Shown: positions 1 to 10,789 of the stretch, in pieces
Layout: the number at the start of each line of letters is the position of its first letter
Position numbering within the stretch: position 1 is the stretch's first letter
NCBI GenBank assembly: GCA_028023455.1
Contig: JAQFVV010000001.1
Coordinates: forward strand, 1,984,001-2,048,000
Length of the DNA: 64,000 nucleotides
Direction of reading: 5' to 3'
Source: Epiperipatus broadwayi
Taxonomy: Eukaryota; Animalia; Onychophora
The notes under the pieces: model-generated
Database searches by the model: none
The model's input: the letters and a program-made list of their open reading frames with translations, nothing else
Told to the model about the DNA's origin: nothing
Translations under genes and position numbers: made by a program

Positions 1-851
1 TTTATACAGATTCAAGTTTAAATATAATTTAAATATGTGATGTTAAAATAATATATGGTAATAAGATGGAACTACTTTAGATAACAACCAATTGTAAGTG
101 TTTGATCATAGTACCACATCAACAATAAGAATAAGAGAAACTTAAGTCATAAGAATTAATAGTAGAATTAATTATAAAATTTGGTTAGATAAACAAAACT
201 AAATTTAGTAATTTTTATAGAAAATAATGAAAAAATAATACAATAGTCTGGTTAGCTCAAGGGGTGTGTGTGAGACAAATATTTTTAAACAGGGCAAGAT
301 TCAAAACTAGTAATAACATAAAGATTAAGACTGTTATAAGACTGAGAAATTAAATTTTAACTTTGAATAGATGCAGAAATAAGTCAGTTCAAATTACGTG
401 AAATAGCAAAAGCTCCAGTTACTTAAATCATTTAACTAGTTAAAAAAATATATATTAGTTTTTTTTTGTCAGAATGTACTAACATCTTTAAAACTATAAT
501 ATTTTTCAATCTATCATATTTATGAAATATAATTATTATGATTAAAGATTGACTATTATTTTAAACATTATTTAATTGATTTGATATATTCACATTTATA
601 TGATAATAGTTCTAGTATCAGCTGGTGTGACTGCAATTAGGCACCAAGCAGGGATTGCTTGTTGACTTGAAGGGTGATAAGTATCTGGTATGATCTTTTA
701 TAGTTGTGATGGTTCGACATGAACATTTAAGATTATGCATAAATCTAATGTAAATATGAATATCATTTATATCTCATGTTAAAAATGATTTTCTATGGAT
801 TCTTATTATTAGAGTAGATCAATTTATTCTGAAAATCTTGAGTCCCTAGAG

Positions 852-1544
852 CAGTGGTGCACATTTTTTTTACACTTGCGATCCTCATACTTAGACTGAA
901 ACTTTATGTGACCTATTATATGTTACCATCCTATTATAAGCCTATAAGGATAGTAATAATAAAAATCATTTTACTACCTACAAATATATATCTTCTTCTT
1001 TGCTATTATCTTATTTTCTGAACATTTGGTTTTCATTACCCATTTATTCATTAAAAATTATAATTTCTATCATATATAAAAATGAGAACAGGATTTAAAA
1101 AATATCTAATTATAAACCTTATGACAAAAATAATTATGACAAATAATAATACTTGGTTTTTAATAGATCTGTTGATTTGTAGAAATTACAACTTTTTTAA
1201 CCTGTTTTAGAAAATGTGTACGTAAGAACGTAGTACCACATATCAATGTTAGGAGAATACTAGCAGAGTGAACAAGAGAAATAAGAGCAATATAAGTGAA
1301 GTGCCATTATGATGTGTTATTTATACAAAGAAGATTGGAATATAAAGAAGTAAATGTTTAAACACAAAAGTGGTCAGACACACAATAATGAGTTAAGTGG
1401 TTTTCATGTATTTTTTAAGTGTTTAGATTTTTGTTTTTCAATTAAAAATTTATAATTCAACATGAGAATTCAAAATTTTCAAGACTGCCAACAATTTTTC
1501 TGTGATCCCTTGAGGAATCATGACTCACAGGTTGAATATTGCAG
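852..1544. mobile_element. Degenerate non-autonomous hAT (Charlie/Buster-like) element or MITE
   Basis: Left end CAGTGGTGCACA...GCGATCC and right end GTGATCCC...GACTCACAGGTTGAATATTGCAG resemble hAT subterminal GCGACCC motifs. The flanks CCCTAGAG (844-851) and CCCTAGGT (1545-1552) look like a decayed 8-bp CTAG-centred target-site duplication. Confidence 0.5.
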
Positions 1545-2107
1545 CCCTAGGTGATATGGGAGACTATTAAGCACTGCTTCTTTGTTAGATGTTCCTGAAA
1601 ATATTTTAGGGGAGAATTGTAATAGTGGGTCATTTTTAACTTGGAAAAATTAAAAACTTCAAGAATAGTTGCTTGTTGAAATTAAGATTAAAGGAAAGTA
1701 TATTAATTTGTATTTTTTTTCAAAAAAGCAAAGTCATGAAATACTTAAATGCATTGTGCATGTACAATATTATTAACAAGCTATGCCAAAACAATATTGT
1801 TTTTTTTAAAAATCCATGTTTCAAAAAGGCATAATTTTTAAATTTTCTTCTTTGTATTTAAGTAATAAACATATATATTATATTTGTTATTGACGAGGGT
1901 TTTTTTTATTATTGTATGTCATATGGCATTATCAAGTGGATGGATCATATGCTATAATGACAATGGCAAATAATCCCATAAACCAACCCACTGTGACTGT
2001 ACATAATGTATGGAAACCACTAATCAACTTTGCTCTTAGGAAAAAGTGGAGAAAACAGGAGGAACCTCATAGATAAGTATATGAAATTACTACAGACTGT
2101 TGCCTTT

Positions 2108-2262
2108 GGCAGGATGGTTCAGTTGGTTAGAGTGTTACCTTAAAATTAAAAAATCAAGAATCTAAGGACCCAGGTTCGAATCCCATGCTAGTATTGTCAC
2201 TAGTCAGGCCAGCAATACCTGAAGAAGAGGGGAAACTAATGCCTCTCGAAACATTGTGCATA
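2108..2262 (+). mobile_element. tRNA-derived SINE-like element followed by a minimal hammerhead motif
   Basis: A-box-like TGGTTCAGTTGGT (2115-2127) and B-box GGTTCGAATCCC (2173-2184), followed by CTGAAGA-A-GAGGGG-loop-CCTCTC-GAAAC (2219-2252). Confidence 0.6.
2216..2258 (+). ncRNA. Minimal type I hammerhead ribozyme motif (probably decayed)
   Basis: Core CUGAAGA at 2219, 6-bp stem II GAGGGG/CCUCUC with one G-U pair, GAAA at 2248-2251. Stem III reads ACAU, which would be ACGU before CpG decay. Stem I is only about 3 bp. Confidence 0.55.
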
Positions 2263-2422
2263 TACTAACCTGTTTGATGTGCTATTACTAAGTTGAATGT
2301 ATTTGGAATATTTAAATAAAGTTAAATGTTTCTAAAGACATTCAATACATATATTATTAGATGATGGAAATAGTCCAATATAAAAATACAACTAGAACAC
2401 CATCACCACAAAACCGTCAGGA

Positions 2423-2534
2423 AAACAGAAAAGGCTTTTGTTTGTTTAAATCTCTTTATTCTAACTAAGTGCTTTTGATAGTAAGTACTTAGCTAGAATA
2501 AAGAGATTTAAACCAATGAAATCCTTTTCTGTTT
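2423..2534. repeat. Short foldback palindrome (~52-bp arms, 8-nt spacer)
   Basis: 2423-2474 (AAACAGAAAAGG...TTTAAATCTCTTTATTCTAACTAAGTGCTT) is an imperfect reverse complement of 2483-2534. Confidence 0.85.
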
Positions 2535-2576
2535 AAATGTTTAAACATTTATTAATTTATTACAGTTAATATATTC

Positions 2577-3077
2577 TGTTAGTTATATTTTGGTTTATCC
2601 TTCAAAGTCAAAGTATATTTAAATAGAAGTAAGTAATTATTTTTTTATGTATATTGTCCAAATATTTAAATTGGTTATGCAGTTATAATATTAATTTTAT
2701 GATGATCATTTGGTATGGCACTGAATACATTACTTAGGCATATACTTATAACTATGATTGTAATCTGTACTACTTTACTGTTGCCTGCTACATAAAATTC
2801 AAAATAATATATATGTGCACACATACAGAATTTAGCATTAATCTGATAACCAATTGATTTATTAACTAAATAACAGATTGATTCACTATTGGAACTTGGT
2901 TCATGATGGTACTCAGAAAAATATTAGAAATGTCATATAAGTGCATATGTACTCATTGAGTAAATTTAATTAGATTGCACATGTGTTTTAATAGAACTTA
3001 ATGAATTTCTAATAAATTTAATTTTGTTTATTTAATAGGTCTCATTAATTATTCTACCATTTTATACTATGAACCAC
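2577..3077. repeat. Left copy of a ~500-bp inverted repeat (partner 7937-8488)
   Basis: Long colinear reverse-complement match to 7937-8488, e.g. ATTGTCCAAATATTTAAATTGGTTATGCAGTTATAATATTAATTTTATGATGAT versus 8329-8380. Confidence 0.9.
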
Positions 3078-3450
3078 GAATATTCTAAAGTCTCTAGTGG
3101 ATGTAAAATAAATTACTAGTAGTGATTGAGGCCTTTGTAGGAATCTATGGATTAACATCCTCATCAGTAGAAGCCTGTAAAGATTAATATTTTCAGATAA
3201 GACCTTCCAGATGGTAAATCTAATGGTGCCTTTTGGCAATGGATGTTAGTCATACCTGCAGAAACTTTTTTGTCCATTACAATATATATAAAAAATATGA
3301 ACAATATACATATATGATAGATTTTAATTTTAAAATTACATACATATTAAAACAAAAATAAATACTGTATAATACAGTTAATATAGAAATAAAACAAACT
3401 AACTCCTTTTTAAAACTTGATTTTTTATGACTATAATCATGAAAAAGAAA

Positions 3451-3490
3451 TCCAACGTTTCGACTATTTTTTATAGTCTTTTTCAAGGCA
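3451..3490 (-). ncRNA. Minimal hammerhead motif in PLE 3' repeat, U3-A8 core variant
   Basis: Minus strand reads GCC-TTGAAAA-A-GACTAT-AAAAA-ATAGTC-GAAACGTT-GG: 6-bp stem II, GAAA, palindromic ACGU stem III, and core UUGAAAA in place of CUGANGA. Confidence 0.65.
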
Positions 3491-3694
3491 CACTAAAATA
3501 AAATATATATACAATAAATATCACATATTCCAAAAATTAAATTAATTAAAAATTACAAAATATATCCATAACCAAAATTTTCTTTTTTTTACCTTATCTC
3601 ACTCCCCTTTCCTATTACAATCACAACTTAAACACAACTAATTCCTTTTTAAAAATCTATATATATCAAATAAAAACTTTTAATTAAAAACCTA

Positions 3695-4417
3695 TTATTT
3701 TCTTTTATCCTTTTCTATTAACATCCTATTTAATTCTGGTTTTATTTCATTTATGTATACACCCTCTTTTATTATCCTTTCATTATATGACTTAATACAT
3801 TCCAAAGGTTTTATTTCAAAATCCCCATGCTTAAATTTATTCTTATGAATGTAAATAGAATTTTTATTACCTAAATGCTGTTTTAATATAGTTTTTAATT
3901 TATTTTTACTAGTCCCAATATATGTCATTTCTACATTCTTTCTAAAACAATTCAAACATTTTATCAAATAAACTGAATTCATAATATCTAACCTATTATA
4001 ATCCCCATTATTATTAATTAAAAAATTTAAATTTGCTTTCTTTTTATAAACTGGACAAATTGAAACATTATATTTCCTATTAATCATTTTAATTAATTTC
4101 TTAACTTTAATAAATAAATCTTTAGATATATTAAAACCAACATAAATAATCTTTTCTCTATTCCTATCTAATCCCATTCTATTCCTTATTTTATTTATAT
4201 TTTTATTAGAAAACAAATGTTCAACTACACCCCTAGGATAATCATTCATAAAACATTCATTCCTAATAATATCAACCTCATTCTCAAACAAATTATTATT
4301 TGAACATAACTTAATTGCCCTAATAATTTTATTATTAACAATATTAATTTTACTATAATTATCAATATCTGAAAACCAATTATTTGATAATCCAAAAAAC
4401 GTTTTTTTTCTAAACAC
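3695..4417 (-). CDS. PLE polyprotein C-terminal fragment (RT thumb + GIY-YIG), left copy
   Basis: 240-aa open frame with the GIY-YIG motif and CxxC...H...H residues. The conserved Arg is replaced by Ile (KTILKQH), and one codon is missing relative to the right copy. Confidence 0.85.
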   Translation of the reverse strand: MFRKKTFFGLSNNWFSDIDNYSKINIVNNKIIRAIKLCSNNNLFENEVDIIRNECFMNDYPRGVVEHLFSNKNINKIRNRMGLDRNREKIIYVGFNISKDLFIKVKKLIKMINRKYNVSICPVYKKKANLNFLINNNGDYNRLDIMNSVYLIKCLNCFRKNVEMTYIGTSKNKLKTILKQHLGNKNSIYIHKNKFKHGDFEIKPLECIKSYNERIIKEGVYINEIKPELNRMLIEKDKRK

Positions 4418-4523
4418 ACATGTTTCTATAATAACACTACCCTTCCTATCAATTTTTTTTTAAAATTCTAACATCCATATATATTCTTTTTCCATAGTAA
4501 ATTTTATTTTTTCAACTCTACCA

Positions 4524-4830
4524 TTAATATAACTCAAAAAAATTATCTGCATTTCTTTTATTACCATTGAAAACCATAAAATAGTCATCAACATATCTAA
4601 CATAAAAAATTGGTTTATTCCTATTATAATTAAAAAATTGTTCTTCAAACTTATACATATATATTCCTGCCAAAAAACCACTCAGACTATTACCCATACT
4701 TAAACCCTCTTTTTGCTTATAAAATTCATCCCCATATTTAAAAATAAGGTCCCTACAACAAATCACTAATATTTCATATAAAAGAAAACCCTCAATTTTT
4801 AATTTTACCCCTTTATCTTTATTTTTATTA
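4524..4830 (-). pseudogene. PLE reverse transcriptase core fragment (motifs 4-5)
   Basis: GLSMGNSLSGFLAGIYM and RYVDD motifs. Truncated at the inversion junction near 4830 and frameshifted at about 4524. Confidence 0.9.
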
Positions 4831-4969
4831 TAGAAACATCTGTGTTTAGAAAAAAAAAACGTTTTTTGGATTATCAAATAATTGGTTTTCAGATATTGAT
4901 AATTATAGTAAAATTAATATTGTTAATAATAAAATTATTAGGGCAATTAAGTTATGTTCAAATAGTAAT

Positions 4970-5569
4970 TTGTTTGAGAATGAGGTTGATATTATTAGGA
5001 ATGAATGTTTTATGAATGATTATCCTAGGGGTGTAGTTGAACATTTGTTTTCTAATAAAAATATAAATAAAATAAGGAATAGAATGGGATTAGATAGGAA
5101 TAGAGAAAAGATTATTTATGTTGGTTTTAATATATCTAAAGATTTATTTATTAAAGTTAAGAAATTAATTAAAATGATTAATAGGAAATATAATGTTTCA
5201 ATTTGTCCAGTTTATAAAAAGAAAGCAAATTTAAATTTTTTAATTAATAATAATGGGGATTATAATAGGTTAGACATTATGAATTCAGTTTATTTGATAA
5301 AATGTTTGAATTGTTTTAGAAAGAATGTAGAAATGACATATATTGGGACTAGTAAAAATAAATTAAAAACTAGATTAAAACAGCATTTAGGTGATAAAAA
5401 TTCTGCTATTTACATTCATAAGAATAAATTTAAGCATGGGGATTTTGAAATAAAACCTTTGGAATGTATTAAGTCATATAATGAAAGGATAATAAAAGAG
5501 GGTGTATACATAAATGAAATAAAACCAGAATTAAATAGGATGTTAATAGAAAAAGATAAAAGAAAATAA
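4970..5569 (+). CDS. PLE C-terminal fragment with intact-looking GIY-YIG endonuclease, right copy
   Basis: 199-aa ORF containing VYLIKCLNC, YIGTSKNKLKTRLKQH and KEGVYINEIKPELNR. Confidence 0.85.
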   Translation: MFENEVDIIRNECFMNDYPRGVVEHLFSNKNINKIRNRMGLDRNREKIIYVGFNISKDLFIKVKKLIKMINRKYNVSICPVYKKKANLNFLINNNGDYNRLDIMNSVYLIKCLNCFRKNVEMTYIGTSKNKLKTRLKQHLGDKNSAIYIHKNKFKHGDFEIKPLECIKSYNERIIKEGVYINEIKPELNRMLIEKDKRK

Positions 5570-5773
5570 TAGGTTTTTAATTAAAAGTTTTTATTTGATA
5601 TATATAGATTTTTAAAAAGGAATTAGTTGTGTTTAAGTTGTGATTGTAATAGGAAAGGGGAGTGAGATAAGGTAAAAAAAAAAAAAAATTGGTTATGGAT
5701 ATATTTTGTAATTTTTAATTAATTTAATTTTTGGAATATGTGATATTTATTGTATATATATTTTATTTTAGTG

Positions 5774-5813
5774 TGCCTTGAAAAAGACTATAAAAAATAG
5801 TCGAAATATTGGA
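5774..5813 (+). ncRNA. Minimal hammerhead motif in PLE 3' repeat, U3-A8 core variant (second copy)
   Basis: GCC-TTGAAAA-A-GACTAT-AAAAA-ATAGTC-GAAATATT-GG. Stem III reads AUAU, which is still palindromic. Confidence 0.6.
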
Positions 5814-6129
5814 TTTCTTTTTCATGATTATAGTCATAAAAAATCAAGTTTTAAAAAGAAGGAGTTAGTTTGTTTTATTTCTATATTAGATATATATGAA
5901 CTATTTTGAAAAGAAGAACTGTGTGCTGGATATATTAAATTATTTTATTATATAATACAGTTACTTTTTAAAACATACATATTTACATAAATGTGTTTAT
6001 TAATACAAATTTGATGTGTTAATTTATTAATACAGATATTTAAAAAGTTAGATATACAAAGTACAATAGATAAAAAATATGATAGTAAAATTTAAATTCA
6101 AAAGTTGGATTTGTTCTCAAGTCAATTAT

Positions 6130-7110
6130 TCTTGAGATGATCATGGTAGATTGTTAAATAGAGGAATGGAGTAAATGACACTTTAATCCAATTATTAATA
6201 TAATGTATATTAAATTTAAAAATATATATTTTAAATTTCTGTTGATAAAATATTTTCTTCCAAGAAATTCTTGGAAAGAAGCAAATATTTCTGTAATATC
6301 CCTGGAATTTTTTAAACATGCAAAAGTTTATTTTGAATTGTTTGCAGTTTTGTGTTAAAGATTAATACTAGTACCTTTTCTTTGCTGAAAAAGATTCATT
6401 TACTTTTTCGAAAAAATCCATCAGGTTCAAAAGCAAATCTATCCAATTTTAAACAGAAAAACAAGATGCTAATATGGAATTTTTACTGAAAAGAAAACTT
6501 TGTAATTCATCTTTTAATATTTAAACTCTTTAAAAATTTACGAGATAAACATCTTATTTCTGCATGATATAAAAGAGATTTGTAATTTGAGTTCATCTTT
6601 TCATATAAAATTCAAAAATCTTATGAATGCTGTTATTTTTTGAAACTTCTGATACACTTTACTAAAGCGATTCTTCCATATAACACAATACTAGGTTTTC
6701 TCTGTGGATAATGCAATAAACATATTTTTAATTTGGGTAAATCTTTTTTATTTCTACTATAAATCCTGTCAGTCATGGCTGCAGCTCCAGCAGTGAAAAT
6801 GTAAATGCACTTTTGATAAAAGAAGTTATTCACCTTTTTAAATATATCTTGCACCAGAGATTTCTACCACAGGTCATGAATTTGCAAATTATAGATATCT
6901 GACAATAAACATTAATTAGCATCATTCATATTGGGGCTGATTCATCAAGGTTCATGTCAAATATAGTACTTTGCTTGATTCATAATATAGATGTCATATT
7001 GTCAGCAAAACTACTCTTTTGTGCCAGTGGACAGAAGAATCTCAAGAGTGTGATATTTCAGAACCATGTATACTTTCACAAATTTTTATTACTGTTAATA
7101 AGGCAAGATC
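6130..7110 (-). pseudogene. Decayed hAT transposase (Buster/Charlie type)
   Basis: Manual translation across frameshifts gives IFDMNLDES (catalytic DES), KCIYIFTAGAAAMTDR (cf. CTDGAAAMTG) and YEKMNSNYKSLLYHAEIRCLSR (cf. LLxHTEVRWLSRG). Many stop codons. A hAT-end-like TGTGACCCCCAATTTGAGAA lies at about 7805-7825. Confidence 0.8.
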
Positions 7111-7129
7111 TTTGGTAAATTTTATAAAG

Positions 7130-7160
<31 letters not shown>

Positions 7161-7936
7161 CTTATACTAATGTAATTTAATGTTTTCAAAAAATTTAGTT
7201 TTTTTTTTTTTTTGGAATTTCTTTCAAAAAAATTGTTTTACTCTTAAATTCACTATGCATTGTATCTAAATGGTAACTAAGTTTTCCAGATCTCATACAA
7301 TCATTTGATAATTGTTTCTGGAAAATTACTCGGATACTTATGTGAATCATTATATGAATGTATAAATTCATATTTCAAATAAGGATGTTTATGAACTTTT
7401 TCACATTTTCTGCTCTTATCACCTGTGCTGAAAATGATTATTGTAAAGTAAGAGAGACTATCACAACTTTGATTCTTTGGTGTCTTCACTCCGTTTGATT
7501 CATTGACATCTACAAATGCATTGCCTTTATTTGCTAGTTAATCTCAGGATTAACATTTAATGAAGAATTATCAAATGCACTAGTACCAGTAATACTTATT
7601 ATGAAGATGAAACTAATGAACTGCTTAAGTAAGGATATTCACTGGTGTTTATAGTGCTGATGTATATGAATTGTAAATAGAATGATTATTAGATTGTGCT
7701 AGATAACATTAAAATTTTTAAAAATATGGAGGTATATAAATCTAATTATTTATTTTTAATTTAATAATTTGAAATTTATTTTCATGGTTTCTCTTGATGA
7801 GATCTGTGACCCCCAATTTGAGAAGTTTTGATTTAAACAACCATAATTATCTCACCACTGGAATTGGAAATTAGAAGTTTGCAGGGTAAGACTTATGTCA
7901 TTGAAATAATTTCACTATATTTAAATAGAAACTCCA

Positions 7937-8488
7937 GTGGTTCATAGTATAAAATGGTAGAATAATAATTAATAACAGACCTAAAATTTATTAGAAATAC
8001 ATTAAGTTCTATTAAAACCCATGCAATCTAATTAAATTTACTCAATGAGTACTAATTCTAAAACTTAAGTTACATATGCACTTATATGGCATTTCTAATA
8101 TCTTTCTGATTACTATCATGAACTAAGTTTCAGTAGTGAATCAATCTCAGTTATTTAATTAATAAATCAATTGGTCATGATATTAATGCTAAATTCTGTA
8201 TGTGTGCACATATATATTACTTCTGAATTTTATCTAGCAGGCAACAGTAGCACAGATTACAATCAGTTATAATTATCAATAATACGTCTAAGTACTCTTA
8301 ACAATATGTATTCAATACACCAAACAATCATCATAAAATTAATATTATAACTGCATAACCAATTTAAATATTTGGACAATATAACATAAAAAAATAATTG
8401 CACAAATAATTACTTCTATTTAAATATACTTTAACTTCGAAGGATAAACCATCAATCCATGGTGGGCTGCACCAAAATATAACTAACA
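7937..8488. repeat. Right copy of a ~500-bp inverted repeat (partner 2577-3077)
   Basis: Reverse complement of 2577-3077 with scattered substitutions and small indels, including extra sequence near 8060-8082 and 8451-8471. Confidence 0.9.
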
Positions 8489-8499
8489 AAGTGAATAAA

Positions 8500-9595
8500 A
8501 TCTTTTAGAAAGTACTTGACTAAATACACACAACTATATCAATCTTTGGAAAATGAAGTGTTAAGCGGTTTCTTCAGAGAGTTGGCAAAGTGGGAAGATT
8601 GGGTTAATTTTAGCAATTCCTCTTCTATAGGATAAAAAGTAATTTGTAGGTAGGACTTCAAGGTTAATTTTTAAAAGGAAATCTAGGTACTTAGGTTCTA
8701 AGTACCAATGCCTAAATTTACGAATAATTTGTTAGTGTTCAAAAGAGTTGTTCTAGTGAGCTCTGCATCATGTGTAAGATTGTACGCTTCCCAGAAGTTT
8801 ATTTTATTTTCAAATGACTTGAGAACCATTCATTATTCCTGGGAGGTGGCGTGTCTGTGGGAAGGATTTTTATGAATTTGGAGGAGTTAGGATAAATTGA
8901 GATTATCCTATGTATGGTGTTATAGCTCTTCTGAAAGAAGAAGGTGTTAGGAGAGTGGAGAGATAAGCCATTGTGCTTTGATCTTTTTTTGGAGTATTTT
9001 GAGGCTGATAGCTGCTATTCTCCCATTCCATATTAGTTTAGAACATTAGAAGTTTATTTTATTTTTGAATGAGTTTGTAAAATTTATTGCAAGCATGTGT
9101 TCATTGTAGGGAAAATAAGTATATTTATAAGAGAAATCTTAGTGTGAATAGGGATATACTTTTGATAGAGCTTTTGTAATATTCTGCATAGTTCATGAGA
9201 ATGGATTCTTGAATGCTTTTTCTCATTGCAATTGTTGATTTGTAAATTGGGAAGCCAAGGAAGTTATGTGATTTAGCAATAAATGGTGATGTTATGCTAT
9301 TGACTGTTAAAATTCTCCATGCAGAGGATTTATTAAGGTTGAATTGAAGTCCATATTGTGCTGTAAATTTTTGTAATATTGAGACCAAAAGTGGGAAATA
9401 TTTTTTTGAGGGAAGAAAGATAGCTATGTCATCCATATATGTTATATGTGTTATTGTTTTCTGTATAAGTGGAATGTGAATACCAGGTAAATTCCCCTCC
9501 AATTCAAACAGGAGGGGGTTAATATAAGCTATGAAGAACAAAGCACTCTGGTAATCCCTGAGGGATAGAATTGTTAGGTTTAAACCCAAGAATTA
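8500..9595 (-). mobile_element. Degenerate L1/Tx1-like non-LTR retrotransposon 3' half (RT + zinc-binding C-terminus)
   Basis: ORF 9125-9589 has SALFFIAYINPLL, ITYMDDIAIF and YGLQFNLNKS. Further 3' it reads WYLEPKYLDFLLKINLEVLPT...PLCQLSEETA*HFIF. Confidence 0.85.
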
Positions 9596-9619
9596 TTTTG
9601 CCATTGAGAGTGATGAACA

Positions 9620-10450
9620 CTTCTATTATTCAGGAGGTTTGTTATTATGTATATGATTTTATTAGGATGTCATGATTACATAGAATGTCTATAAGCAGAT
9701 CAGTGCAAACAGAATCAAATGTAATGTCTAATTGTATGACTATTGGACTCATTTTTCTTGCAGACCTAATCTGATCTATTATTATCTTAAATAGAGTGAT
9801 GGCATCAGAAGAGGATGCACTCTTTTAGCAAACTGTTTCCATGAGATTGGATAGAAAGTATAAAAAACAGCCTATTCCCATAAATTAGAATGATAACATT
9901 CTTATTGTTCACAATGAGGTGCCAGCTCTGTTTCAACCAGACAATCAAAAAATTGACAAATAAAAGGGTCAAGAACATTACTCCACCAGATATCTTTGCC
10001 GCAACATGGAGCCTGATCTCCATCCCTAATCCCACCTGAATAAGTGGGAAAAGCAATTTTTCACATCAATCAAGGAAGTTCCAAAGGTTCTGCATCAATG
10101 CATTTCCCAAAAGGTTTTAGCAAGAAGACTCAAAGTCAACATAAGGATTACATTTCAACAAGATCCACTATTTCTATAATAGTTGGAGAAAGATCAAACA
10201 AGAAGGAAAGACTGATGAAAACCTATGAAGCCAAGACATATTCAGACTAGCAACTGACCCATGATCTATTGTAAAGAAGGGAATGGGTGAAAAACCCACA
10301 GAATTCTGGCAAAGGAAAGGAAGAACAATACAAAGCACATATTTCACATATCATATAAAACAAATCGATACATTTAAAAAAAAAACAACTAAATCTTTTC
10401 TTTATTATATAATCGCATATATAAAGAATGCCTGTATTTCAAATATTATA
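9620..10450 (+). mobile_element. Degenerate non-LTR ORF2 5' part (APE endonuclease end and EN-RT linker)
   Basis: RLDRKY resembles the APE SRLDR motif, and GEKPTEFW (10283 onward) matches the GEKPTKYF linker motif of L1/Tx1-like ORF2. Many stops. Confidence 0.5.
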
Positions 10451-10789
10451 AGAAAACTAGAATCTGTTTTAAAGCTTTTGATTAACAAATCGAGACTACA
10501 TTAACAAATTAAGAAAATAAGATACATTCCAGCTTTAATAGGTAGCCAGTAAATAATCCCTTAAATTTATTTTCCTCTTTTTCCTTTTTTAAACAATATA
10601 TTTAAATACTGGTCCCAATAAAAAATATTTTAAAATAATAGCATTTAGAGGTATTAATTGTGAAATAATAATCCCTATTCATATATCTGTTCTGATTTAT
10701 ACTGTATATATCAGTAATATTATTTTCAAATAACTTAAACAATTATTAAAACTTTTATTCTAATTAAATATATATATATATATTAAATA

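Larger units (their letters stand above)
3290..4830 (-). mobile_element. 5'-truncated Penelope-like retroelement (RT core + GIY-YIG endonuclease + 3' repeat with HHR)
   Basis: RT motifs KQKEGLSMGNSLSGFLAGIYM and YVRYVDDYF (ORF 4524-4877), frameshifted in homopolymer runs into ORF 3695-4417 with VYLIKCLNC...YIGTSKNKLKT.LKQH...KEGVYINEIKPELNR. RT plus a C-terminal GIY-YIG is diagnostic of PLEs. Confidence 0.95.
4826..5888 (+). mobile_element. Second, more truncated copy of the same Penelope-like element in inverted (head-to-head) orientation
   Basis: Near-identical reverse complement of ~3379-4436. Starts at TTATTATAGAAACAT at the junction and ends at ...TTTCTATATTA. Confidence 0.95.

Noticed and set aside
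3146-3172. Minus-strand CTGATGA-GGAT-GTTA-ATCC
   Set aside because: Followed by ATAG rather than GAAA, with no stem I complement.
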